Assembly: GCF_024521635.1 (NCBI RefSeq)
Contig: NW_026250422.1
Span: forward strand, 310,001-374,000
Length of the DNA stretch: 64,000 nucleotides
Reading direction: 5' to 3'
Source of the DNA: Tricharina praecox
Lineage: Eukaryota
Both the position numbers and the translations under genes were made by a program. Shown here in pieces: positions 42,930 through 57,724 of the stretch (positions within the stretch are counted from its first letter, which is position 1; every line of letters starts with the position of its first letter). The notes beneath the pieces are model-generated. The model saw only the letters and a list, made by a program, of their open reading frames with translations, made no database searches and was not told the DNA's origin.

Positions 42930-44160
42930 GTGTCTCTGTGTGTGTAGTGTGAGTGTAGGCGCAAGCGGCGGGGACTTGTAGATACTCTACATACATGGTC
43001 TTGTAGATACTCTACATGGTCTTGTAGGTAGTTTTGTCTTGCACACACATAGTCCGGTATCGTATGTATCGTATCGTCCCGCGTAGCGCAAGCAACTACA
43101 TACATGGAAAATGGCGAGTGGGGTCTGTGTCTATCCTTCTGTCTTCCTTCCGAAGAGAAAAAAGTAAGAAAAAGGAAGAAAAAAACGAACCTCGGCGGAC
43201 GGAAGAAAGTACCTAGAATATCGTCGGCCTCGTCGTCGGGTCGCAGTACTCCCGGCTTTGCTTCTAGGTACCAGCTGGATCGTCGGGATGTGATGTGATG
43301 TGATGGAGATGGGGATGGGATGGGATGAACACCCCCGTGGAATACTACTGACCATGAAGATACCTACCAAGGTATGTATGTGCTCCTAGGTATGCGTGGC
43401 ATGTGAGGTGCTGTCTGTCTGGCTGGCTGGCTTACTTCCTGGGGCTTCTTCGCTGCTCATCACGCCGCACGCCGCACGCGTCACTGCTGGTCGGAACGTG
43501 GCCGGAACGGATGTAAAATCTACAATCTACAATCGACAATCTACAATCATGAAGCAACGCTCGGTTTTCGGCGATGGTGGGAGGAGTTTGGTGGTTCACT
43601 AGTTCTCACCCGATTACAGTGGTAGATACTCTAACCACGGCGAGCCGGCTGAATGAAGAGTTTTCTTTCCGTTCGTGTCGATCACGGAAAATTCCATTTT
43701 GTTGAAACAAGATGGAGGAGAAGGAGGGGGGAAGAGAGGGTGTGACGCCGATCATCCATAGCGTCGGAACAGAAGTTGATCACTTCCTCAATAGAGCATG
43801 GATTTTCACTCGATACTCGGTCACGGTAACGAACAGATCAACGACTCAACAATCTGTTCCTTGTCCCTCCACTACGTAAAATGAAGGCAAACAATCAAGA
43901 TACCCCTCGCCAAGAGTCAAAGTTACCCCCCATCATCCCCCATCATTACCAAAGCACGCAGCAAAAAAAACGAGAGCATAACGAAAGATGCCCGTAGCAG
44001 ATGACAACAAACCGCGCCCTGACCCGAGAAGACAAAAGAAAGAAAACACATCATCCAGTAATTTTGAAGAGCAAAAGGCACATGCAAACCCAGTCTATGA
44101 ATCGCCAGGGAAAATGAAATCTATCCGGCACACCACGAGATATTTGGAGTCACGTCAGAT

Positions 44161-46734
<2,574 letters not shown>

Positions 46735-48886
46735 GATCAGTGGTATGAGGTTGATTTGCGTGTCCGAAAAGATTGATTGCAAGTTGCACAAAAAGAATGA
46801 AGTGGTGAGAGAAAGTTCGTTCGCTAGAGGACCTTCCTTGCGCAACGAGGGAGAGGGGGGAGAGTGAGAGAGGGAGGATGAGAGAGAGGGTGGGGTGAGG
46901 GGGGGATGAGTGTGAGAGTTGAGGGTCGAAGGTTAAGTTATGATGGGGGTACGGACGGGGTTTATCAGAGAAAAGGGGAAGAGCCAAAGCGCGCGTTCTA
47001 ACACTGTGGTGGCGGCACTTGAAAGAAAAAATTGGAGCGAAAAGGCTGAGTACCGGGTGCCAAGCCGTCAACCCCAGAGCCGGGCGAAAAAACAGGGTCG
47101 GGCGCCGGGGATCAGTTCTTCTTTTTTCTGTCTGTTGTCAACTTGCCAAAGCCAGGGTCCACTTGCCGAGTCTAGAGTACTCTAAAGCAGAAGAGGTTCT
47201 CAACGTCGTATCAATTTATCATGCGGAATACTCGCATGAACCTACCGCGAGCAAAAGAATACATATCAAGTGATCAATAAGCATGTATCTGCAGGTGTGT
47301 TTGTATCATCAAATGGCCACAGTATCTGATCACGTCTCAACCGGAACCGCAGAAAACATGGTAGCGGTAGAGCAGTTGTAGAAACGAACTTCGTGCGTGA
47401 ACCAGGTCGTCACTGCTTTTCCAGGCTCCAGGCAGACGTGAGGCGCAAAACGATCAGCAAAACCCACTATTTGACTGCCTCGGACTGGAAGTGCACTAGA
47501 CTGGCGCGCATGTTTGTTGGTGGCGGCCTCTCCAGTTTATAAAACCCTGGTCATCAAAGGTCACTCTAATCACCCAGTTAACGTCAATGGATAGGTATTC
47601 CAGGCTCCCAGCTCCTGGACTGTCTGGGCCGATGTCACGTATCCGAACATTCCAGCATTTGAATCCCGCGAAGCTGGTTTCACAGGTGAGCTATCTTATC
47701 ACCGGTTGGCGAGCTGGCAGCAATGCACGGTCATATTCACTAAACCGCGTGCACCCGTGCCGTAACGTAGCACCGACCATGGGAGACGGAACGCTATTTG
47801 GCGGAGTATTAGAGTAAAGAGGGAAACTTAAGCTCTTGACGAGCGAGGTGTGGAATTGGATAGATCTACTCCAGGTATACTTGGTAGGTCATTATGGTCA
47901 TAAATTGTGGTTAGTTGGTGCATGACCGGAAGATGTCTGTCAGTACTTCTGTTTTCCATACTTCTAAAACTTTCAAATAAGCATATACACCATCGCGGGC
48001 TGTCCTCATTCGCGGATCTTCTTCGTTTGGTCGGTGATATGTGGCTACAGCTGGTGACATTGAGCCCCGTAGGTAGTGATGTCTTCGGTACTGTAGTTTC
48101 CTACTCGACTTCTCGCATGGTAAGCACCTAGACATACCTATGACTTCTCTCATCAGACACAAGAATACACCATATCTCCCGATGGTCTCACTGCAGCGAG
48201 CCTTTCCATCGCGAGGTCCTCCATATGTAATCACTCGAAGTATTTAACTGCTTACTCATCCGGAATAATGGATAGCGCCCAGCCCAAATCAAGAGTAGCG
48301 CGGCTCTGCTGACTGACGCCGCCGAAGAAAAAAAGTTGCACACAGAAAAAAGTTTACACAAGCGCTTGCTGCCCGTGGACCATCATATCAGACCCGCTTT
48401 TCCACCGAGTACTCTGCTTGCATTGAACCACTCACTTACACTCACTCCACTCCTCCCCATACGGACCATCGAATCCTTCACACCGTCGATAGTCGTCCTG
48501 TGTAAGTTGCTCATTCAAGACTGCCAGCTACGCTCGCTCTCTGAGTTGCTAAGGGGACGGATTGTTGCGACGACATGCAGCGCCTCTCGGTAAGACCCAC
48601 CCAGCGAGCAAGCAATCAAGCACCCACCACCACCTCCACCCTTCCATCCGCTACTACTCCTGCCACAACTGCCCTGCTGCATTTCTATTTTTTTATCTCA
48701 CAGCTCTCTGTCCTCTTCCTTTGATCTTCCTCGCCTCCCTTAACACAACACTACCCCCCAACCCCCATCGATCCCAACGAACACCCTTCCATCTCTACCT
48801 CTACCTTGACCCTATTCTCGCGAAAAACTCGGTCACTTACATACTCACTTCTTATTCTACATCAGATACCGAGGATACGACTCATT

Positions 48887-51800
48887 ATGCAGAATCAGCC
48901 ATACCCTCGAAACTTCCTGAATCCTACTGCGAGCGCATTCACTTCACGGGCACAGCCTCAGTTCTCCACTACAGCTCCTGGTGGTGGGCTACCTTCACAG
49001 CAGGCTCGGCAACACGAAGACGCATGGACACCGTATGACGGCTTAGGACCCGTCGGCCAAGCACAGCGACACCCCAGACTCGACAGTAACTGGCGGAATA
49101 ATGGGCCCCAGAACGGACGAGGCGGGAGAGGCGGTGCAAATGCTGGTGGCCAGCGAGCAAACCAACAACAAAGAGGAGGATCGCCGGTTCACCAGCCGGC
49201 CACGAAGCGTTCGAAACAGATGGCACAACCGCAGGGCGGCAGAATTGCCAGGGGCCAAACCGGACGAGGCGGAAGAGGTGTCATGGCCTCGGGTCCTAGG
49301 CCGGACGGCGAACTGATCGATGACGCTTATCTGGCACGTAACTTCCAACAGCTGAAGAAGGAGGACTACCCGGGCGCACCGGCTGCACTATTCTCGAATC
49401 CGAAGAGTTTCCTCTGGGACGGTGTCAACACAAGTGCACGGTCCAACGCTGTCGTTCGCGGCGGTATCTGCCGTTGCACGGTAACTGTCAGGTTGCCTGA
49501 CGACACCCGGATTGAGGCGGTAGGAGAAGCTCAAAACAAGGTTCGTTTGTTTATCTTAGTCGTGTTTTCACTACGTCACCGAGACATCCGTACTGATTGT
49601 GCTCTTAGAAAATCGCCGAGAAGATTGCTTGTCAGCATATAGTCCTGAAACTAAACCAGACCGGTCAATTAAAGGATTTGGTTTTCGGCGGAATCCACAC
49701 TGGTGCTTTCAACCAGGAGCTCCTGAACGACGAACAGGATGCCAAGATGGACATCTACGATTACTGTGCACGCTACGGCACTGTGCCTATCTTCTCGACC
49801 CAAGACCGGACCCGCCCGGGAAATAGGAAAGCTATCGTAGAAGTTACCATCGAAATGCCGGAACAGGGAATCAAAGCATCGGCCAGAGCTACTGAACGGA
49901 GGGTCGCGGATATTCTTGCCAGCGTGGAATTCAAACGTCAAGCCGAGGATTGGCATGCGAAGAACGGCGATGGAGACATCCTAGTCAAGGATGTGTCCAC
50001 TGTGCTCAATAGTCGCAATGCTAAAAAGTTTTTCGAATTCTACAAGGTCCATAACCCGAACGCCGTATACACCTGTGAAGCAAAGCAGGTGCGCGGAAAG
50101 GCGAAGAGAATTTCTGCCAACATGACCGACGCACAAGTTATGCTGAACGGCGAACCTATTGGTGAGCCTGTCGAGATGGCGGGCAAGAAGAATGCGGAGA
50201 TTGCAGCCTGGGTGACCGCTGCCGTGGCATTGAAGGAGCGGGATCCCGAGCTATTCCCACACTTCATAGAGGCTCTGCGAATGGGCAATGGAGAAATCTT
50301 GAAGCCGATCCCGCCGACGTGGTTGAACGTCGATCAGGACTCCATATTGGCCATGACAGATACGCTGCTCAGTGTGAGACGGATTGGGCTACCGCCCACT
50401 GAAGAAGAGATGGCACTCGAGGACGACAGGGCACAACAAGATCGACGGAGATACGCTAAACGCAAGCTGGATTCGGCTTCGGCAGAAGTCAAGAGTAAAA
50501 GTATGCTCGAGGCTTACGAGGAATACCTGAAGGACGAGAAGTTGGCGGTTCTCCGACAGAAACGATCTGAATTGCCAATGATACAGTACACCGGACAAGT
50601 TTTGGAGCTGGTCAACAACAATGATGTCAGTATCATCATCGGTGCCACCGGTAGTGGAAAGACGAGTATGTTACCATCCACATCTTCGGTGTTCGTCACA
50701 GCAACGCTTACACCCTTATAGCACAGGTCCCACAGATTCTTCTCGAAGACGCAATCAAGGCCGGCTCTGGTGCTGATTGCAACGTCATCTGTACTCAGCC
50801 AAGACGTATCGCAGCTACCTCTGTGGCCCAACGTGTGGCAGTTGAGCGGAACGAGCCTCTTCAAAAGTCGATCGGTTACCAGGTGCGGTTCGACGCGAAG
50901 CTTCCCCAGACCGGCGGAAGTATCACATACTGTACTACTGGAATTTTGCTCCAGCAGCTCCGCCACAACCCTGACGACGTCCTTGATGGAATCACTCACC
51001 TTGTTATTGATGAGGTTCACGAGCGAGACATCATGATCGACTATCTCTTGATTATCCTGAAGAGGGTTCTTAAGCAGAGGAGGTCAACTGGAAAGGCTGG
51101 TGTTAAGGTGGTCCTGATGAGTGCCACTATGGACACCGAGTTGTTTGCTGGTTACTTCGGCCACAAGAACACGGATGGACAGTGGGTGGGATGCCCGCAT
51201 CTGAGTGTCCCCGGTAGAACTTTCCCAGTCACAGAGTTCTATCTCGAGGACATCAGGACCATGCTCAAGGCTTACCCGCAACAACAATTGACGCTACTGC
51301 GAGAGGATGATACGAAAAATTTCTTGACTTCAGAAGAGGGCTTCAAGCCTCTTCCGCCAGCATTGTCTGTGCCTGCATCCGCCGCCGTTTCGAGGGACGC
51401 GTCTCGAGTACCATCGAGGGCCGTTTCTCCCGGAACAGGCGTTGAAGCTGATGATGGCGGTGATGCAACCATCAACTGGAAGCAAGAGGTCAACATTCGT
51501 TCCGATGGACAGGCTTCCGTAGCTACCGAAAAGGAGGATGCACTGGTTCCCACGGGCCTCGTGGCGACCACATTGGCCCACATTATGCACACAACTGATG
51601 ATGGTGCTGTACTTGCATTCTTGCCCGGTCTCGATGAGATCTTGAAGGTTGACGACGCACTCCGCAACGGTCGCCCGCTCGGCATCAACTTCAACGAAAC
51701 CGAGAAGTACAAGATCTACATGCTTCACTCGTCCATTCCCAACCAGAACGAAGTATTCGAGGACCTGCCCAAGGGCATCCGTAAGATCATTCTGTCGACA

Positions 51801-53861
51801 AATATTGCCGAAACATCCATCACCATTCCAGATGTCAAGTTTGTCGTGGATACCGGAAAGCTCAGAGAGAAGCAATACGAACAGGCCCGCCGAATTACGC
51901 AGCTGGTTTGTACTTGGGTTAGCAAGTCGAACTCGAAGCAGAGAGCCGGTCGTGCTGGTCGTGTCCAGAACGGAAACTACTACGCTCTGTTTTCCCGTGC
52001 TCGATTCGATTCGCTCCGTGCGACAGGACTACCAGAGATGTTGCGATCCGACCTTCAGGAGATTTGTCTTGACATTAAGCTGCAGGGCTTCAAGGATCCC
52101 ATCGCGCAGTTCCTGTCGGAGGCCATCGAGCCACCTGCTCCCCATGCGATCGAGGCATCGTTGCGCCAGCTTCTCGCCCTTGGTGCTATCGACCAGGACG
52201 AGAAATTGACCCAGCTGGGACACGTTTTGGCCACCATGCCCGTTGAGCCTGCTCTTGGCAAGATGATCCTTCTTGCGGTCATTTTCAGATGCTTGGATCC
52301 CATTCTCATTCTCGGTGCTTCGGCTGGCGGGCGTGATATTTTTGTCAGCCCCCCGGACAAACGACGGGAGGCTAACCAAGCACGGCACCAGTTTATTGGG
52401 AACACCCGTAGTGACCACATGGGTGTTATCAACGCGTTCAAGGCATGGCGTGATGTTCGTGACAGGGATGGTCAGTACGCTGCCCACGGCTTCGCCGAGA
52501 GAAACTTCCTTCACCGAGGAGCTTTGAAGGTTCTTGACCAGACCGCCAAGCAAGTCGAAGATGTTCTCGGAGAAATCGGCATTGTCCCTAGGTCTGGACG
52601 TGGCGAGAGGCATGGCTCCCAGTTTGGACACCCGCGACTCAATGGCAACTCGGAATCCGTTCCCCTTATCAAGGCTTTGACCTTGGCCGGAATGTATCCT
52701 AACCTAGCTGTTTGCACTGGAGGAAGAGGATTCAGGACCGTTAGCGAGAACTTCACGATGATCCACCCCTCTTCGGTTCATTATTCCGCGAGGGATGACA
52801 AGTCCACCCCACTGGGAGCGATTGTGACATATTCCACGAAGGCGAAGAGCAACGACGGTTCTTCCATCTTGCTTAGACAGAACACCGAGAGCACCGCCTT
52901 GGCAGCGCTGCTCTTTGGAGGAAAGCTGCGGATGTATGGAAACACGTTGGAGATCGATAGTTGGTTGCCTTTCCGGGCCAGGGACAACCAGGCGAAGATA
53001 ACACTGGAGTTCAAGAAATGTCTCGATAGGGTATGTCGCGTGGTCACTTCACAGAGTTGTCAGTGCTAACGTATTTTCCAATAGCTCCTAGCACATGCTT
53101 TCCGCAGTCTGTCGAAGCGCAGTTCTACTGGCGGCCCTCCAGGCTACCTGGCGGATGACCCTGCGAGGGAAACCTTTGCGTTAGGCATCGTGGAAGTCCT
53201 GGAGAGTGACGCCGGTATCAGAAGAGAGCGGTCGCGCGGCTTCGGAGGAGGTGACAACTGGCGTCCTAGCTCTCGCAACGACAGCCGATTCCCACCACTT
53301 GGAAGCCGTCCCGATGCTGGTGGGTTCTCCGGAAGTCGCCCACCATCTCGCTCCGGTGAGAGGTTTCCTCCTCTGGGCAGCTCCCGTCACTCTGAGTCTG
53401 AGCGATACGGTGGACCCCCAAGTCGCCCGGATTCGCGTACCGGCGATAGATGGGCCACCAACAGCCGTCCGGACTCCCGTACCAGCGAGAGGTTCCCTCC
53501 TCTGGGCAGCTCCCGTCCCTCCGAGTCTGAGCGATACGGCGGACCCCCAAGTCGCCCGGAATACGGCGGACCCCCAAGTCGCCCGGATTCGCGTACCGGC
53601 GACAGATGGGCCACCAGCAGCCGTCCGGAGTCTCGAAACGGCGATAAATACGGAGGACCTCCTAGTCGCCCGTCCTCTCGTGATAGATTCAGCAGTGGTC
53701 GCCCGGACTCCCGTAACGCCAACACCAACAGCAGGTTCACTGCCACCGATGTCCGTAGCTCCCTCCCCCCTGGGAATGGATTCGGAAACAATAGCGGTGC
53801 TGGGGCTGGTGCCGGCGATAGGTATCGTCCTGACCCCAGAATCCAGGGCAGATGGAGGTGA
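48887..53861 (+). CDS. DEAH/RHA-family RNA helicase (DHX9/DHX30/DHX36-like) with N-terminal dsRBD-like domains. Exons: 48887-49540, 49609-50665, 50722-53030, 53085-53861
   Basis: Motifs GATGSGKTTQVPQI, CTQPRRIAA, GYQVRFD, IDEVHERD, MSAT, FLPG, STNIAETSITIPDV, QRAGRAGR and an HA2 region (SDH). dsRBD-like helices GEAQNKKIAEKIAC and GKKNAEIAA. Confidence 0.93.
53358..53640 (+). repeat. 129-nt (43-aa) coding tandem duplication with a nested 27-nt duplication in the helicase tail
   Basis: ERFPPLGSSR.SESERYGGPPSRPDSRTGDRWAT.SRP units start at 53358 and 53487; YGGPPSRP is doubled in unit 2. Confidence 0.92.
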
Positions 53862-55854
53862 TGAGAGAAAAGAACAATCCAAAAAGTTTTTGCGTATGTA
53901 GGTTCGATCTGAACGGGAAGCATAGATTCGGTGAAGGTGTTGGGGTTTAAGGTTTAGATCCTTTGTGGCTTTGGGCGTTTTTCCTTTTCGTCTCTCCTTG
54001 CTTCCTGCCTTTCGCTTTCCTGCTGTACTTTATCTTTGCATTTTCCCTTTCATCCAGTTTGTATTTTCTGTTCAAAGCTTTTCTTCCGTGTACTATACTA
54101 TTATTACCAAGATTTGCTTTGACGAATCGCGACGACGAGATGGAATGTCACGAGTTTGAGGTGCAAAAGGGAAGGAGGGGTCATGTTTCGACCACGACGG
54201 TGGTAGTGGAGGGAGGGGGATGACGTTAGCGGGGGATACAAGTTTGTTTGATTTATTTGGTTACTTTGTTGTATGATTGACGATGTGAATCATCCTTATC
54301 TGTTTTTTCTTTCTTTGTGTATGTGCGGCACGGTATTGGTATCGGTATATACTTCACTCTACTTCTTGCTGTATCTTGCCGATGGACGGACTCTGGATGT
54401 GGTGGTGATCCAACTCCAAATGATCGAGATGATAATCTCAGTGCTCTCGAGATCTAGTCATAGCTAGCCTGGCTACCTGCCGTTCCTCACATAATCGCTT
54501 TCAACCCATATCTAGTTTACAGCACGTCTGGAGGTTGGATTATGCCACAACTTGTTCCTCTAGGTATGTATGCAACCACCGTAGCAAAAAGGCGGGGGGA
54601 ATGTTTTACCGCACTCCCAGATGTCATAATATATGGCTTCGATGTCGCTCCGAGCCTTTGATGCCGAATCATTACGGAATTTGGATATAGAAGCGTCGTT
54701 ACTCCGGTATTGTTTTCACCTCGTATCTTGCTACTGTACTAGTACTTATACTCATCGCGAGGGGTTGTAAATTAAAGTAACATCTGAAGGCGCCCTGACG
54801 TTCATTCCAGGCAAAGTCTGGAAGAGCGAGTGATACGGAGGGCATTCTAGACTGCAGACAGTGATGGCTTGCCGAGTGACCTCAAGCATGGAACGAGTAC
54901 CGTATATGTACCACGGTTGTTTACTTGAGAAGTACGTTTCCTAGTGAAAAAGGGGGTATGATACGATGTTTTTCCTATAGGGATAGGTAGTAATACCACA
55001 TCGAGATGGTTGGGAATTGCCACCCGGACAAGCACCGGGGATGATGGTACAGCCTTACAGGCGACGCACCAACGCCATCCTGAATCATGATGTCAAACGA
55101 TCGATTTTGTTGTTCGAGCCAGATACAACGAAGTCGTAGTGGCTACCTAAGCACGCAAGTAAGTAAGTACTTGGTCGATCAATGGTTGGATTCGCTCAGC
55201 ACTCATTTGGTGCACATTCGATAATCCTCATGGAAGAGTACCTAGCCCTCGTCCGCAGAAAAGTCATAGTACATATCTAGAGGTATGTTGTATCCTTCCA
55301 CGAAATTCCATCCGCGAGATAACGACAGTCATCTAGCTCATCCATGGTCTGCGACACAGAACTTCACTAGGTATTTCAGCCCTCGGTGGGAGGTTTTTCA
55401 CGCCTTGAACTGGCCGGTCGGTATGAAATCGAAGGGCATGCTGCTGCTCCTGTGAGCTCGACCTTGCCGGAGTGCATAGAGGACGATAAACCAGGATTCC
55501 CGTGGCTCACGAATGGCGGCGGTGGCGGCGGTGGCGGCGGAAAGAATGTGTTCGGTCAGTCTCAAAGGCAGTCGGTGCAACTAGTGATACGCTCTTGTGG
55601 TCCGCACTGGGAAGGGCAGCAATCCTTCAAAATCACTGACTAGAACTGGCGGCAACGGTGGCGTTTGTGCGGGTTGTTTGCTTCACACCTGGCACCGGCT
55701 TGAAAGTAGATAGTGTTTTGCAATGAGATCACATATGCTATCGGATAGGTATATGAATGAAGAAACCGTCCGTATTATAGTACAGGGAGGGTAGTATTTT
55801 ATAAGCTCATAGGCTAGTCTATAGTACATCATCGCAATCATGAAATTTCCCCCC

Positions 55855-56717
55855 TCAGGTCGCTTTGTACGGGTATTCAAATGAGTCAACCTTGAGCTTC
55901 CACAGCTTCCGCTTCTTCTTCGTAACGGCGTGCTCGACAAACTTCTCATCGCAGTATTCCTTTTTGAACTTGCGGATGAACCTAGGGTCCCACAGCTCAC
56001 TGGCGACACCCAGGTCCTTGCAACATCGCATCAAGGCGTTGGATTTGCAGCCCTCTGTAGCCGTCGGGATGCCGTTAGGGTCGAAGTACTGTTGCTCGCC
56101 GCGCGCGATGGAAACTAGGCTGGAGTATCCGTCAGTGGATTGTCGTAGTGAGGAGATGTAGAGGCGGGCAGTACCGTCCGTGGCAAATGAGCGCGTACTC
56201 GCGCGTCACAACTTTGTCAGTGACGATCGATTCGCCGCGAGGAGCGAGGCCCCAGCCGCCGGGACCAAATGCTTTGTTTAGGATGCGGCGGTACTTGATT
56301 TCGGGAAGGTAGAGGATTCCATCTGCATTGCCATTAGCCAATCACCTTTAATGCTGATCGCGCTGTGTTTATACCAGGTTTGATCTCAACTTCCTCAGGA
56401 GCCAATGGCGCAAGCAGAACATCCGCGGTCTCCTTTGGGAATGCCTCCGTGGACAATCCGTGGAACGACCGCGACCAATCCATCTTCTCATCGATGATCT
56501 CAAAACTATCATTCAGGCCATTGTCGCGGATGTTGTGGGTGTTCGGGATGGGTGCCGAAGCAGAAGAAGAGGAAGACGACTTGGAAGGGAACGACGGGAA
56601 GTCATCGCCATTGGTGAAGCGCCGGATTGCTGTGAAAACGGAAGGATGCGATGCAGTGAGCTGGCGGGACTGCGTCCGGGCGAGGGTAAGGAACGATCTT
56701 CGTACAGCGGACGCCAT
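55855..56717 (-). CDS. MGM101: Mitochondrial genome maintenance protein Mgm101 (Rad52-like). Exons: 56717-56375, 56322-56175, 56119-55855
   Basis: Arg/Ser-rich presequence [90 protein letters not shown]. Confidence 0.97.
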
Positions 56718-57035
56718 CGTGTTTGGGTTGGGGATTGCCGTGGACGAAGGCGGGGTGGTGGGGGTGGTGGGGGATGGTTGGAGGTCGACGGTGAAACAAC
56801 CAGTGCACGTAGTGATAACTAGCACTTGGCTCGCGTTTAGTTAGGAAATTTTCTCACCCCCACGGTCACCGGTCCCACGCGCGTCAAAGAACTTCTGAAA
56901 AATGGGACTTACAACGCGCTACGGAAATAAAATATGGTGCGATTAGAGGGATATATAGCATAATAGTTATAGTATTGAATGGAGAATAGTCTACTGGTTA
57001 CTCTACATGCCAGAGATCCTTCACAGTGCTAGCGA

Positions 57036-57552
57036 TCAAACATCCGTCTGCGACGTGCGAGAAGCATTCCCGTGCTTGTCCCAGCACTCGCGAAACGCTG
57101 CCATCTGTGATCCGAAGCACCGATAATCGTTAGAAACATCGCCCAATACACAAGGCGGCTTGACGTTGAAATAAGCTATGCTGGGGTGGTCGGATGGTGC
57201 GATGGCGGGGCAAAGATGAGGGGGTGGGCTGGATGACGACGGACCTCGGCCTTACACAGACGCCAATCCTTCTTATCGACGAAGCAAAAACGAAGCGTCT
57301 CGTTCTCAACTGCGGTTCCGCCTCATCAGTTCGCAATCCTCAAATCCTCATCGGGAACCAGTCTTGGGAGAATCACCGGAGCATCCCGTGTCGATTATCC
57401 TCTTGTCCCTGCGCTGTAGCGTCAGCCAGTTATTTCGGCCGCACACATTCGAGGACCCCGTACCAGTCATCGGGCTCATCATCGGGATCTTCTGCAGGCA
57501 CGGATACCGCCGGCGGGGTGTTGGGCTTGTCGGATTTTGGCGCCTGTGACAT
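57036..57552 (-). CDS. COA4: Twin-CX9C (CHCH) cytochrome c oxidase assembly factor, 84 aa. Exons: 57552-57464, 57408-57377, 57309-57245, 57104-57036
   Basis: Spliced protein MSQAPKSDKPNTPPAVSVPAEDPDDEPDDWDKRIIDTGCSVENETLRFCFVDKKDWRLCKAEMAAFRECWDKHGNASRTSQTDV. It has two exact CX9C motifs and the DxWDKRI..TGC / KDWRxC pattern of Coa4/Cmc3. Confidence 0.92.
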
Positions 57553-57724
57553 TGTGGGGTGAATTGTGGGGGTGATCTATTCGTGTGGAACAGAAAGTCT
57601 CTGCCCAGGGTTTCTCTCAGGGCGTTGGTTAACCAACCAACCTACATACAACATCATTTACCGTGCAAGCAACACTGCGTATCAGAGTCGGCCAGCAGCC
57701 AGCAGCCAGCAGCCAGCAGCCACC
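57553..57724. promoter_or_regulatory. Compact divergent (probably bidirectional) promoter between COA4 and BPL1
   Basis: Only 172 bp separates the two oppositely oriented ATGs (57552 and 57725). Confidence 0.65.

Noticed and set aside
17000..43700. Transposon or RIP-degraded repeat origin for the gene-poor DNA
   Set aside because: No transposase, RT or integrase motifs, LTRs or TIRs seen, and the DNA is not AT-rich. Very old relics cannot be excluded without a search.
53181..53923. Several overlapping ORFs over the helicase tail
   Set aside because: Alternative frames of a GC-rich repeat. Only the frame ending at 53861 joins exon 3 through the 53031-53084 intron.
57194..57562. Plus-strand 122-aa ORF as a BPL1 upstream ORF
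   Set aside because: Explained as the antisense of the COA4 gene.
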